Of a stretch of 64,000 bases of DNA, positions 1 through 10,490 are shown piece by piece. The notes under the pieces were generated by a model that was given only the letters and a program-made list of their open reading frames with translations, did not search any database and was not told the DNA's origin. The translations under genes were made by a program, and so were the position numbers. Within the stretch, counting starts at the first letter, position 1; every line of letters starts with the position of its first letter. This DNA is from a virus, in IMG/VR virus record IMGVR_UViG_3300032116_015796, positions 16,257 through 80,256 of that record; one strand, written 5' to 3'.

Positions 1-573
1 GAATTAATCCAAAAACTTATGATGTCCAAAAAAATAATGGACATACACAATAAAACACCAAGAACCCAAAATCCAGGTATGAACATTAATATGCCTGTTG
101 TTGAGGAATTTTCCGCTCCTCAGGCATCATACAATATACCACAAGATGTGTTAACTGAAGTTAGTCATACATCATCACCTAAAAAAATGACACAAGAAAT
201 TCCTACAGAACAAAGAATTATGTCATCTAAACTACCTGATGAAATTAAAAGACTAATGATTGAACATCCAATCGCACAACCTAACTCAATGGCGGGTCCT
301 ACATTATCAAATGACTTGGTTGAGAAAGCGTCAAGATTAATGGGAACAACTCCTCAGATTCAAGAAACAACACAACAAACAAGAAGACAAACTAATACGT
401 CTAATATAGATTTAGACGAAATTAGGTCTGTTGTTAGAGAGACTGTTGAAGATGTTTTAAAGGAAAATGGTCTTTTAGTTGAATCCACAACTAAATCTAA
501 CGAAACAATTACCTTTAAAGTCGGTAAACACATTTTTGAAGGTAGAGTTACCAAAGTGAAAAAAATCCAATAA
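1..573 (+). CDS. Hypothetical phage protein, 5'-partial
   Basis: Frame is open from base 1 (ELIQKLMM...); C-terminal helix DEIRSVVRETVEDVLKENGLLVES; followed by a terminator. Confidence 0.75.
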   Translation, partial: ELIQKLMMSKKIMDIHNKTPRTQNPGMNINMPVVEEFSAPQASYNIPQDVLTEVSHTSSPKKMTQEIPTEQRIMSSKLPDEIKRLMIEHPIAQPNSMAGPTLSNDLVEKASRLMGTTPQIQETTQQTRRQTNTSNIDLDEIRSVVRETVEDVLKENGLLVESTTKSNETITFKVGKHIFEGRVTKVKKIQ

Positions 574-581
574 CTACCTAT

Positions 582-610
582 AACCCCTCAAATAGAGGGG
601 TTTTTTATTT
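582..610 (+). terminator. Intrinsic terminator
   Basis: AACCCCTC-AAATA-GAGGGGTT stem followed by a T run. Confidence 0.85.
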
Positions 611-671
611 TTACAAAGGTTGATTAAAAACATTAGATGTACTATATTTCAATTATTATATTGAAAATACT

Positions 672-1892
672 ATGTCTAAAAAAATTAATGTTTTAATACT
701 TCCATCAGATAAAACTGGTGTTGGTAAATTCCGCTCTGTAGACCCTCATATTATGCTACAAAACTTATATCCTGATGATTTTCATGTGGATATTGATTAT
801 GAACCTAGAATAAATGACCCTAATTTTTGGAAAAAGTACCAAATCGTACACGTTCACAGAAACATTGGAGTTAACTACGACCAAACTCCTCATTTAATTA
901 AATCTCTTAAAGAGATGGGTATCATTGTGATTGTTGATATTGATGATTATTGGTTACCAACTAAAGAACATCCAATACACTCTATAATTTTACATGATAA
1001 AATTCATGAGAAAATTGTCGCTAATCTTAGAGTTGCAAGTTACGTAACTACAACAACAAAAATATTTGCTGACGAAATTCGCAAATTTAATAAAAATGTT
1101 GTCGTTTTACCGAACGCAATTAATCCTGATGAACCTCAATTCAACCAACCAACAGAAGAATCTGATAGAATTAGAGTGGGTTGGTTAGGGGGGTCTTCCC
1201 ACTTACACGATTTAAAACTTTTAGACGGTTTCATCTCAAAAAATGGTTCTGAGATTAACAATAAATTACAATATGTTATTTGTGGTTTTGATACAAGAGG
1301 TTCTGTAACTGAAATAGACCAAAAAACAGGTCAAAGAAAACAAAGACCTATTCGACCTGAAGAAACTGTTTGGGCAAGGTATGAGGAAATTTTTACAAAC
1401 AAATACGGCATAATTGATGAAAACTATAAAAAGTTCTTATTAGAATTTAAAGAACAAGAATATGTTGGTGACAGTACGTTACCGTATCGAAGAGTTTGGA
1501 CAAAACCTGTTAATCAATATGCAGCAAATTATTCTAAATTTGATATTTCATTAGCACCAATTAAAAATCACATTTTTAACAGAATGAAATCTCAACTTAA
1601 AGTTATTGAAGCGGGATTTTATAAAAAAGCATTAATTGCATCCCAAGTAGGTCCTTATACAATTGATTTAAAACACGCGTTAAAAGAAGGTCAATTTACT
1701 GATGGTAATGCTTTGTTAGTTCAAGAGGCACGAAATCATAGTGATTGGTCTAAGTACATTAAAAAATTGGTACAAAACCCAAATTTAATTACTGACTTGG
1801 GAGAAAGACTATATGAAACAGTTAAGGATACCTATCACTTGAAAAACGTGACAATAACAAGAGCAGAATTTTATAAATCTATTGTTAACTAA
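672..1892 (+). CDS. Glycosyltransferase, GT-B/GT4-like
   Basis: DIDD motif, VLPNAIN, RVGWLGGSSH..DL, DISLAP....FNRMKSQLKVIEAG. Confidence 0.85.
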   Translation: MSKKINVLILPSDKTGVGKFRSVDPHIMLQNLYPDDFHVDIDYEPRINDPNFWKKYQIVHVHRNIGVNYDQTPHLIKSLKEMGIIVIVDIDDYWLPTKEHPIHSIILHDKIHEKIVANLRVASYVTTTTKIFADEIRKFNKNVVVLPNAINPDEPQFNQPTEESDRIRVGWLGGSSHLHDLKLLDGFISKNGSEINNKLQYVICGFDTRGSVTEIDQKTGQRKQRPIRPEETVWARYEEIFTNKYGIIDENYKKFLLEFKEQEYVGDSTLPYRRVWTKPVNQYAANYSKFDISLAPIKNHIFNRMKSQLKVIEAGFYKKALIASQVGPYTIDLKHALKEGQFTDGNALLVQEARNHSDWSKYIKKLVQNPNLITDLGERLYETVKDTYHLKNVTITRAEFYKSIVN

Positions 1893-1893
1893 T

Positions 1894-2367
1894 ATGGAAT
1901 CACCAAAAAAAATAATAGGGTTTACCGCAGGTAATTTTGATTTATTACACCCTGGATACATTTATACTTTTGAAACTGCGAAACAACATTGTGATTATTT
2001 TATGGTATTTCTTCAGAGAGACCCTTCTGAAACCAGATTTACCAAATACAAACCTGTAATCCCACTTTATGAAAGATATAAAACTTTAATGTCAATAAAA
2101 TATATTGATGAAGTTGTAACATATCAGACTGAAGAGGATTTGGTTAAATTAATTGAATTTTATAGACCTGACGTAAGAATACTTGGTGATGATTATATTG
2201 GTAAAAGATTTACAGGAGACCATTTACCTATTAAAGTTATTTACACAACCCGTTCACATAATTGGTCAACCACAAAAATTAAAGATTTGATAACAATACA
2301 AACTATCAAACAAAATCCTGAGATTTTAAATAAATTAGAAGATTATGATAAAAATACCAATAACTAA
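1894..2367 (+). CDS. Cytidylyltransferase (TagD/RfaE-like HxGH nucleotidyltransferase)
   Basis: GNFDLLHPG, GDDY, WSTTKIK; ATG at 1894 preferred over the track start at 1882. Confidence 0.85.
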   Translation: MESPKKIIGFTAGNFDLLHPGYIYTFETAKQHCDYFMVFLQRDPSETRFTKYKPVIPLYERYKTLMSIKYIDEVVTYQTEEDLVKLIEFYRPDVRILGDDYIGKRFTGDHLPIKVIYTTRSHNWSTTKIKDLITIQTIKQNPEILNKLEDYDKNTNN

Positions 2368-3067
2368 AATTTTATTTTTAGATATCGAGACCGTTGGGTG
2401 TTGCCCTGATTACGAAGTTTGCCAAAACTTAAATTCTAGTATGGCCAATCAATTTGAAAAATATTTTGATTGGTTTTTAAAACGATTTCCTGAAGACAAC
2501 CAACTTGGTATGGAATCTTTAAATTCACAAATGAACGAGGTCTTTAAAAAACGAGCGGGTCTTGTTCCTGAATTTGCTAAAATTGTTTGTGTGAGTATGG
2601 CCTTTGTTATGGATAATGGAGAAGTCAAAAAACAAACATTTGCAAGTGACGATGAAAAAGAAATTTTAACCCAAGTTCAAAAATTATTAATTAGATGTGG
2701 TAATTTAGATTTCTTTTTATGTGGACATAACCTGAAAAATTTTGACATCCCTATGTTGGCAAAAAGAATGATTATCAATGGTTTAGTCCCACCTCCAATT
2801 CTTCCTTCATACGATACCAAACCTTGGGAGATAAAGGCAATTGATACTAAAGAGATTTGGCAATATGGAGCGTATTCCTCAATAGGTTCGTTAGATTTAT
2901 TATGTACTTGTTTGGGTATTGAGTCTCCTAAAGACGGTGAAATTACTGGTGATAAAGTTCATCAGGCGTATTGGGAAGGAAATAAATTGTCTGAAATTTC
3001 ACAATATTGTGAAAAAGATGTTAAGGTATTAATAGACATCATTAAAAAATTAAAAGAGTTACAATGA
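2345..3067 (+). CDS. 3'-5' exonuclease (DnaQ/PolB-exo-like)
   Basis: ExoI LDIET, ExoII GHNLKNFD, ExoIII YCEKDV. Confidence 0.85.
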   Translation: MIKIPITKILFLDIETVGCCPDYEVCQNLNSSMANQFEKYFDWFLKRFPEDNQLGMESLNSQMNEVFKKRAGLVPEFAKIVCVSMAFVMDNGEVKKQTFASDDEKEILTQVQKLLIRCGNLDFFLCGHNLKNFDIPMLAKRMIINGLVPPPILPSYDTKPWEIKAIDTKEIWQYGAYSSIGSLDLLCTCLGIESPKDGEITGDKVHQAYWEGNKLSEISQYCEKDVKVLIDIIKKLKELQ

Positions 3068-3654
3068 CACCAAATTTAATGGATTTACAAGAGCAATTAA
3101 AAAAGTTGCAAGATATGGTTAATAGCGAAGAGGAGATTGACTATGAAGATATAATGAGTGAACTTGGTTTAGATGTAAAACAATTAGAAGAAGACATGAA
3201 AAACTACACTCCTCAGTTACCACTTAAATTTTCTAAATTACATCCTGACGCAGTTTCTCCAAAATACAATTATCCAACCGATTCAGGTTTTGATTTACAT
3301 TCAGTTGAGGATTTGGAAATCCCTCCTTTTGGTAGAATCTTAGTCCCGACAGGTTTATCATTCGATATTAAAGATGGGTATGAAATTCAAGTTAGGTCTA
3401 AAAGTGGTCTATGTATTAAACAAGGACTAATGGTTCTTAATTCACCAGGAACTGTAGATAACGGGTATACAGGTGAAGTACAAGTAATTGTTTTTAACAC
3501 AAATAACCACAAGGTCTCGATTCCAAAAGGGATGAAAGTAGGGCAAGCAGTTCTTTGTCCTGTTGTAAATGGGAAGTGGGTTGAGTTAATCGAAAAAAAT
3601 AAAATCTCTGAAAAAGACAGAGGTAGTAATGGTTTTGGAAGTACAGGGATATGA
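3064..3654 (+). CDS. dut: dUTPase (trimeric) with acidic N-terminal extension
   Basis: SGFDL, RSKSGL, GTVDNGYTGE, RGSNGFGSTG motifs. Confidence 0.95.
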   Translation: MTPNLMDLQEQLKKLQDMVNSEEEIDYEDIMSELGLDVKQLEEDMKNYTPQLPLKFSKLHPDAVSPKYNYPTDSGFDLHSVEDLEIPPFGRILVPTGLSFDIKDGYEIQVRSKSGLCIKQGLMVLNSPGTVDNGYTGEVQVIVFNTNNHKVSIPKGMKVGQAVLCPVVNGKWVELIEKNKISEKDRGSNGFGSTGI

Positions 3655-5144
3655 TTACTATAATTTATTCAACACATAAAGATTCAGAATATAATAACAA
3701 ATTTAGACAACATTTGTTACAAACTGTTGGCTTAAAAGATGTTCAAATCTTAGAATATCAAAATAATAATCAATATTCACTTGCACAAGTTTACAATAGT
3801 GGAATAACCGAATCAATTTATGATATTGTTGTTTGTTGTCATAATGATATTAAACTTGAAAAAAATTGGGGTAAAAAATTACTTGAAGATTTTTCAAACA
3901 ATACAGAATTCGGAATAATTGGAAAAGCAGGTTCTTGTTATTTCCCTGAATCAGGAGTTTATTGGGAAAAGATGAATAAGACCATGGTTGGTCAAGTTTA
4001 TCACCATCCTGAAGGACAGAATAAATGGTTGAGTCAATATTCATCTAAATTACCGTTTTTAATACCCGTTGTTACTGTTGATGGTTTGATTATTTGTTTT
4101 GATAAAACTAAAATCAAATATAAATTTGATGAGTCTTTTGGTAAGTTCCATTTTTATGACCATGGATTTTGTTTACCTAATTACATTAACGATGTTAAAA
4201 TCGGTGTTACCTCATCATTTGAGATTACTCACCAATCTGTAGGTCAACCAAACCAAGAATTTTATGATAGTAAAGAAAAATTCTTAAAAAAATGGGGACA
4301 TATGTTACCAATGGATTTAAAACCAAAAGAAGTTTTTTTTGAAAATATTGTAGAAAAACCTATTAAGAACATTGGTAAAGTGGCGATTATCATACCTACA
4401 AAAGGTAAAACGGATATGTTATTTGAGTGTGTAAAATCTTTTTACACCCACTGCAATTCAGACCTGTTTGATATTATAATTGCCGATACGGGGTCATCTG
4501 AAGAAGAAAAGGAATGGATAAAAACCAACATTTTAAATTTAGGTAATATTAAATTAATCGAATATGATTATTATAATTTTGCTAAAGTTAATAATGATGT
4601 TGTTAAAAATTACACAAATGATTACGAATTTATTTTATTCTGTAATAATGACATAAAAATACTAAACAATGTTGTTTACGGATTACTTGAAAACTTTAAA
4701 AAGTATCCCCAAGCAGGGACTATAGGTTGTAGACTTCATTATGAAGATAACACCGTTCAACATAATGGATTGGCTGCGAAAGTGGATTCTAACAAATTTT
4801 TTAGGGTTGATAACAAATCCACAGGTTCTTACTATTCATACACCATAAATAGTAAAGAGGTTTTAGGTAATACCGCCGCTTTATTTATGGTTAGAAAAAA
4901 TGTTTTTCAAAAATTAGGGATGTTTAATGAACAGTATTCAAACTGTTTTGAAGACGTAGAATTTAATCTTAAATCAATTGTTACGGGTCACAGGAACTAT
5001 ATTTGTGGTAATTGTGTTGCATATCATTATGAAAGTAAAACTAGAGAAAGGAATACCGAAGTTGAGAAACAAGATTATTTTAATAACCTAATACCTTTTG
5101 TTCAAAAATACCTTGATAAATTTATCACTAAATTATATATTTAA
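3651..5144 (+). CDS. Two-domain GT-A/GT2 glycosyltransferase
   Basis: N domain CHND...FHFYD; C domain IIIPT, DTGS, NND, EDVE. Confidence 0.85.
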   Translation: MITIIYSTHKDSEYNNKFRQHLLQTVGLKDVQILEYQNNNQYSLAQVYNSGITESIYDIVVCCHNDIKLEKNWGKKLLEDFSNNTEFGIIGKAGSCYFPESGVYWEKMNKTMVGQVYHHPEGQNKWLSQYSSKLPFLIPVVTVDGLIICFDKTKIKYKFDESFGKFHFYDHGFCLPNYINDVKIGVTSSFEITHQSVGQPNQEFYDSKEKFLKKWGHMLPMDLKPKEVFFENIVEKPIKNIGKVAIIIPTKGKTDMLFECVKSFYTHCNSDLFDIIIADTGSSEEEKEWIKTNILNLGNIKLIEYDYYNFAKVNNDVVKNYTNDYEFILFCNNDIKILNNVVYGLLENFKKYPQAGTIGCRLHYEDNTVQHNGLAAKVDSNKFFRVDNKSTGSYYSYTINSKEVLGNTAALFMVRKNVFQKLGMFNEQYSNCFEDVEFNLKSIVTGHRNYICGNCVAYHYESKTRERNTEVEKQDYFNNLIPFVQKYLDKFITKLYI

Positions 5145-5146
5145 AT

Positions 5147-5776
5147 ATGGCTAATGGAATATACAAAATAACGGAAGACTTTGAAAAAGAACTGTCCGAT
5201 TACACAAAATCACCGTATGTTGTTACGGTAGATAATCAAAGTAATGCTTTATTTTTGGCGTTAATGTATGAGAAAGTAAGTGGTATGGAAATTGAAATCC
5301 CCTCTCGTACTTACCCCTCAGTACCATGTGAGATAATTCATGCAGGTGCAAAAGTTAAATTTAAACCTGTGGAAGGTAAAACAATTAAAGGGTCATATCA
5401 ATTGTATCCTACTAAAGTTTGGGATTCGGCTCTTTCTTTTACTTATGGAATGTACAAACCAAATACCCATATGTGTATTTCTTTTACAGGTCCTTATAAA
5501 CATTTTAAATTATCTAAAGGTGGAGCAATCTTAACTGACGACTATGACGCTTATTTATGGTTTAAAAGAGCGAGATACAGTGGCAGAAGAGAATGTTCTT
5601 ATCATGATGACCATTTTGATATGTTAGGATGGAATTTCTATATGATGCCTGAGTTAGCTGCGAGAGGAGTACTTTTGATGAAACAATTTTATAATGTTGA
5701 CGGAAGTCCTAAACATAATGAGGATTTAGAATTACCTTACCCTGATTTATCCAAGTTCGATGTCTATAAACAATAA
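5147..5776 (+). CDS. Short DegT/DnrJ/StrS-like PLP sugar aminotransferase
   Basis: FEKELSDY, ALFLAL, DSA, SFTGPYKH (PLP lysine), GGAILTDD, GWNFYM. Confidence 0.8.
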   Translation: MANGIYKITEDFEKELSDYTKSPYVVTVDNQSNALFLALMYEKVSGMEIEIPSRTYPSVPCEIIHAGAKVKFKPVEGKTIKGSYQLYPTKVWDSALSFTYGMYKPNTHMCISFTGPYKHFKLSKGGAILTDDYDAYLWFKRARYSGRRECSYHDDHFDMLGWNFYMMPELAARGVLLMKQFYNVDGSPKHNEDLELPYPDLSKFDVYKQ

Positions 5777-6467
5777 ACATATCTGTGTTTTAATATGTTT
5801 TAATAACTATGAACATATAGTTAAATGTTTCGAATCTATAAAAAATCTACCTTTAGATTTTTTTATAATAGAAAACCCATCTAAAAATTCCGATAAAATT
5901 CAAAAATATTTTAAAGAACAAAAATTAAAAGGGTATGTTAGATTCGAAGAAAATATTACAAATAACGCGGTTGATATAATAAGAGAAGATTACTCACCTT
6001 TATTTCAATCTTATGAATATATAACTTTTTCAGATTGTGATTTATTTACTGATTCCTCCTCTTCATTATTTTCCGAAATATATAGAATATTAGAATATGA
6101 AGAAGTTGGAGTTTGTTGTACATCATTATGTATGGATAACCTTCCTAATGTTCCTGACGCAAATGGTTGGATTCCTAACCCAATATCAATTCACGAAGAT
6201 TATATTAATGTAAATACAGGTGTTCATTTCATGACTATGAAACAAAAAAATTATTCATTATTATATGGGACAAAATTTAAAGACACCTTAATGGTTTCTT
6301 TAATTAGAAGTAAGAACCTAAAATGGGTTTCAACAAAAGAAAACAAATCAATTCATTTGACTTGGGATTTGTACTACCAAGGTAACGAGTACTATAATTT
6401 TAAAATTGAGCGTGGTTTAGAATCATTGTGGTCACATAACGAAACATCGGATTATATTATTTTATGA
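5760..6467 (+). CDS. GT2-like glycosyltransferase
   Basis: N-terminal beta strand then FNN, IIEN.S, SDCD (DxD) motif. Confidence 0.6.
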   Translation: MSINNKHICVLICFNNYEHIVKCFESIKNLPLDFFIIENPSKNSDKIQKYFKEQKLKGYVRFEENITNNAVDIIREDYSPLFQSYEYITFSDCDLFTDSSSSLFSEIYRILEYEEVGVCCTSLCMDNLPNVPDANGWIPNPISIHEDYINVNTGVHFMTMKQKNYSLLYGTKFKDTLMVSLIRSKNLKWVSTKENKSIHLTWDLYYQGNEYYNFKIERGLESLWSHNETSDYIIL

Positions 6468-7039
6468 AAAGAGCGTTAATTGGTTTTGGTGGTCATGCGA
6501 GAGAAGTTATCGCTCAAATGAAAGTTAATTTACCTTGTTTTGTTGATGATTCTTTTTTAACTAAAGAAACCCTACCGTTATCTAGATTTAATCCAAATGA
6601 GTTTGAAATAATGGTTGCGATTTCAGACCCAAAAAAAAGAATGGAAATTGTAGGTCGATTACCAAAAGAAACTAAATATTTTACATTTATCCACCCTACC
6701 TCACTTATAATGTCTGAAGTTAAAATAGGTCACGGTTCTTTTATTGGGGCGTATTCAGTAATTACGACAAATATAACAATTGGTACTCACTGTATTTTAA
6801 ATCGAGGTAACCATATAGGACATGATTCAATAGTCGGAGATTTTTTTAGTGCAATGCCGTGTTCAGTTATTTCGGGTAATTGTTTAATTGGTGACAGAGT
6901 TTATTTCGGTACTAATTCATCCGTAAGAGAAAAAATTGAAGTATGTGATGATGTAACTATCGGTTTAAATTCAGGTGTGGTCAAACACATAACAGAAAGT
7001 GGGGTGTATGTAGGTGTCCCCGCAAAAAAAATAAAATGA
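6464..7039 (+). CDS. Sugar acetyltransferase (NeuD/PglD-like, hexapeptide repeat)
   Basis: IGFGGHAREV, FIHP, IGHDS, VYVGVPAK. Confidence 0.9.
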   Translation: MKRALIGFGGHAREVIAQMKVNLPCFVDDSFLTKETLPLSRFNPNEFEIMVAISDPKKRMEIVGRLPKETKYFTFIHPTSLIMSEVKIGHGSFIGAYSVITTNITIGTHCILNRGNHIGHDSIVGDFFSAMPCSVISGNCLIGDRVYFGTNSSVREKIEVCDDVTIGLNSGVVKHITESGVYVGVPAKKIK

Positions 7040-7755
7040 TGAAGAATACAAAATTAGCAATTGTAATTGCAACATATCGTAGAGATGACGGTAAAAGTTT
7101 TGAATTTTTATACAGAACATTAGAAAGTATAAAAAAACAAACCTATAAAAATTATAAAATATTTTTAATAGGTGATAAATACGATAAACCCGAAGAAGTT
7201 AGTCGGGTAATAAAAGATTTGTCGTTGGATAAAATTTATTTTGAAAATTTACCTATTGCAAAAGAAAGAAGTAGATATACTGGTCATGTACTTTGGTCTT
7301 ACGGTGGAGTTAATGCAATTAATCATGGAGTAAAAATAGCTTTAAGTGAAGGTTTTGATTATGTGTGTCATTTAGACCACGATGATTGGTGGTACGAAAA
7401 CCATTTAGAGTTAATCAATAAATGTATTTCAGAAACAGGTTCGGAATGGGTTTGTACTAAATCCACATACCGAAACCCTTTTACATTTTTACCCCCAGTA
7501 GATACTAATGATGAATATGTTGATTTTCATCCTAGGTCATCAATTTTAATACACTCCTCAGTATGTATGAATTTCAAAAAAATCCCCTTATTATATCGGG
7601 ATATTTACGAAGAAACAGGTGTAGTAGGTTTACCAACTGACGCAGATTTGTGGGAAAGATGTAGACAATATATAATATCTAATAAATTAAAAAGTACATT
7701 AATAAATAAAATAACTTGCCGTCATGATGAAGAAGGATATGAAAGACTCAAATAA
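7036..7755 (+). CDS. GT2 glycosyltransferase
   Basis: IVIATY, SIKKQTYKN, HLDHDDWW, DADLW. Confidence 0.85.
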   Translation: MMKNTKLAIVIATYRRDDGKSFEFLYRTLESIKKQTYKNYKIFLIGDKYDKPEEVSRVIKDLSLDKIYFENLPIAKERSRYTGHVLWSYGGVNAINHGVKIALSEGFDYVCHLDHDDWWYENHLELINKCISETGSEWVCTKSTYRNPFTFLPPVDTNDEYVDFHPRSSILIHSSVCMNFKKIPLLYRDIYEETGVVGLPTDADLWERCRQYIISNKLKSTLINKITCRHDEEGYERLK

Positions 7756-8386
7756 AATTAACATAACTGAAGACTCTATTAATAGAGTAAACGAAATAAT
7801 TCAAAATATGGAAGGTAAATCCTTTCATAATCATTACCATATATTGTATGATATTATTACTTCATTAGGTAAGAAAAATCAAACCTATTTAGAAATTGGT
7901 GCTTACTGTGGTGGGTCGGCATCTTTAGTATCAACAAACGAAAATGTTTCAAAAGTTTACAGTATTGATATTGGACATCCAATACCTAAAGAAGTACCAA
8001 TTAAAAATGTTAATAAATTTAAACATTCTAATTGTGAATATGAATATTTTCATGGAAACTCTAGATTAAACAACACTATTGAAAAGGTTAAATCAAGTGT
8101 TCCTGAAATTGATGTTTTTTTTATTGACGGTGACCACTCATATAATGCGGTTATTGAAGATTTTAATAACTATAAAGATTTAGTGTCTAAAGGGGGTGTT
8201 ATTGTTTTTGATGATTATCACGATAAAATCCATAGTCCTGATGTATTTCATGCAGTTAATGATATTGTGAAAACACTTAATTTAGATGAATATGAAATTA
8301 TTGGTAGTTTAAACTATGATTTAATAAAGAAAACAAATTTCCCAAATATAGAATCAAGTAATGAGTTTATTTTAATTAAAAAATGA
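7724..8386 (+). CDS. Class I SAM methyltransferase (Methyltransf_24-like)
   Basis: LEIGAYCGGS, FIDGDHSY, GGVIVFDDY. Confidence 0.85.
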   Translation: MMKKDMKDSNKINITEDSINRVNEIIQNMEGKSFHNHYHILYDIITSLGKKNQTYLEIGAYCGGSASLVSTNENVSKVYSIDIGHPIPKEVPIKNVNKFKHSNCEYEYFHGNSRLNNTIEKVKSSVPEIDVFFIDGDHSYNAVIEDFNNYKDLVSKGGVIVFDDYHDKIHSPDVFHAVNDIVKTLNLDEYEIIGSLNYDLIKKTNFPNIESSNEFILIKK

Positions 8387-9213
8387 AAAAAATAATAAAC
8401 TTTACGCCTACAGGAACTCAAACTAATCGACAAAATTCTTTAGCGCCTTTAACTCCTAATGAAATTATTGAAGAGGTTCATGAAGCGTATGAATTGGGTA
8501 TTACTCTAACTCATATTCATGCCAGAGACCCTATTACATTAGAGAATACTTACAATAAAAATGTATACAGAGATATTTTGGAGGGTATAAGGAAACATTG
8601 TCCTGACTTATGTGTTTGTGTTTCATTAACAGGTAGGTTATTTCCTGAATTTGAAAAGAGGTCTGAGGTTTTAGAGTTATACCCTGACATGGGGTCTTTA
8701 ACTATGTCGTCATTAAATTTTCCAAGAGGAGCCTCGGTTAATGAACCTGAAATGATATTGAAACTAATTACAAAAATGGAGGACTATGGTGTCACTCCTG
8801 AAATTGAATGTTTTGATACGGGTATGTTAAATTACACAAATTATTTAATAAGTAAATCAATTTTAAAAGGACCTCATTATATTAATGTAATACTTGGTAA
8901 TCTATATAACGCTCAAACAGATTTATCGACATTCTCATCAATTTATAATCATAAACCCAAAGACTCTTTAATGTGTTTGGGTGGGATTGGTAATCAACAA
9001 TTGAAATCAAATATTATGGGATTATTATATTTTGATGGTTTAAGAATTGGTCTTGAGGACAACCTATACTTTCGTGAAAAAGAAATTACAAAAAACATTA
9101 ACTTATTAAAAAGAATACATTTAATATCAGAAGAATTAAATTATCAAATAATGAACCATAAAGAATTCGGTGAGAATGGTTTTAAAAATAAAAAAAATGA
9201 AAGTATCAATTAA
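8383..9213 (+). CDS. Beta-keto acid cleavage enzyme (BKACE/Kce, DUF849)
   Basis: TPTG, PLTPNEI, HIHARD metal site, PEIECFD, RIGLEDN. Confidence 0.9.
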   Translation: MKKIINFTPTGTQTNRQNSLAPLTPNEIIEEVHEAYELGITLTHIHARDPITLENTYNKNVYRDILEGIRKHCPDLCVCVSLTGRLFPEFEKRSEVLELYPDMGSLTMSSLNFPRGASVNEPEMILKLITKMEDYGVTPEIECFDTGMLNYTNYLISKSILKGPHYINVILGNLYNAQTDLSTFSSIYNHKPKDSLMCLGGIGNQQLKSNIMGLLYFDGLRIGLEDNLYFREKEITKNINLLKRIHLISEELNYQIMNHKEFGENGFKNKKNESIN

Positions 9214-9862
9214 TCAACCTTATTTTTTTCCTTACCTCCCATTTTATCAAATGGTTAATTATTCTGATGTTTTTGTGTCATTAGATAGTGTGAATTTTTG
9301 TAAAAAAAAATTCATTAATCGGAACGTTATCACCGATAACAATGGTAGAAAAATCAATTTCACACTACCAATAAGAAATCTATCTCAGAATAAAAAAATT
9401 AATCAAAGTGAAATATTTAATTTAAAAAAAACTAAAGATTCTTTTATTAAAAAATTGAAACTAACTTATGGTTTTAGGAAATCTAATTTAGAGGTTTTTG
9501 ATGTAGTTGATTCGTGTTTCACGTCAAATCTAATATCAGAAGTTTCAACAAATTCGATTAAAAACGTTTTTAATTACTTAGGAATTGAAAAATCAATTTT
9601 ATTGTCTTCAGAATCATTTAAGAGTTATGACGAATATAAAAAAGAAATCAAAATTTACGGAATTTGTCATGAATTAAATTGTACCGATTACATTAATTTA
9701 CCGAATGGTAATTTATTATATGATAAAGAAGATTTTACAAAAAAAGAAATCAAATTATCCTTTATTTCGAATGACCTAAACTATAATACATCTATTTTAG
9801 ATGTATTATTTAGGGAAGACAAACAACAAATAATAGGCAAACTAAACAATCACATTCAATAG
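9197..9862 (+). CDS. wbqC: WbqC-like protein (putative aminoacyl/glycyl transferase of sugar modification)
   Basis: QPYFFPY, INRN, YIN..G..LY, SILDVLF; start probably at MKVSINQ. Confidence 0.8.
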   Translation: MKVSINQPYFFPYLPFYQMVNYSDVFVSLDSVNFCKKKFINRNVITDNNGRKINFTLPIRNLSQNKKINQSEIFNLKKTKDSFIKKLKLTYGFRKSNLEVFDVVDSCFTSNLISEVSTNSIKNVFNYLGIEKSILLSSESFKSYDEYKKEIKIYGICHELNCTDYINLPNGNLLYDKEDFTKKEIKLSFISNDLNYNTSILDVLFREDKQQIIGKLNNHIQ

Positions 9863-10488
9863 TGAATACAGTAGTTTCAATAGGATTTACCGAATCCCAT
9901 TTATTAATGGTTTCTGATTTGTTATTTTCATTAAATCTAAATCCGAATATACTAATTTTTGATAACCAAAAAAGATTTAAATCAGAAAAAAACTTTATCT
10001 ACCATAAATACGATTTTATTGATACTTTAGAAAATCAAGATAATTTATTTTTTGGTTTTGCAAAACCGTTAGGTAAAAGTAAATTATTCCATTCTATAAA
10101 TATAGATTCAAAAAAATTCATAAACTTAATACATTCAAAAAGTGAAATATCAAAATACTCTGAATTAGGTATTGGAATAAGAATTGAACCTGGGACAGTT
10201 ATTGTGGCAAAAACTAAAATTGGTAATTTTGTTAATATAAATAGAGGTGTTAATATTGGTCACCATTGTAGTATAAGTGACTTTGTAACTATTAATCCAG
10301 GGTGTTCAATTGCAGGACATGTGACAATAGGAGAAAATACGGAAATATGTATTGGTACAACAATAATTGACGGTATTAATATTGGTAGTAACACTATAAT
10401 TGGTGCTGGTTCAGTAGTTACTAAAGATATCCCTGACAATGTTGTTGCTTATGGTAACCCTTGTAAAATAATCAGAAAAAATTTATAA
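9862..10488 (+). CDS. Second NeuD/PglD-like acetyltransferase
   Basis: Hexapeptide repeats, IGHHC, GAGSVVTKDIP..VVAYGNP. Confidence 0.9.
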   Translation: MNTVVSIGFTESHLLMVSDLLFSLNLNPNILIFDNQKRFKSEKNFIYHKYDFIDTLENQDNLFFGFAKPLGKSKLFHSINIDSKKFINLIHSKSEISKYSELGIGIRIEPGTVIVAKTKIGNFVNINRGVNIGHHCSISDFVTINPGCSIAGHVTIGENTEICIGTTIIDGINIGSNTIIGAGSVVTKDIPDNVVAYGNPCKIIRKNL

Positions 10489-10490
10489 AA

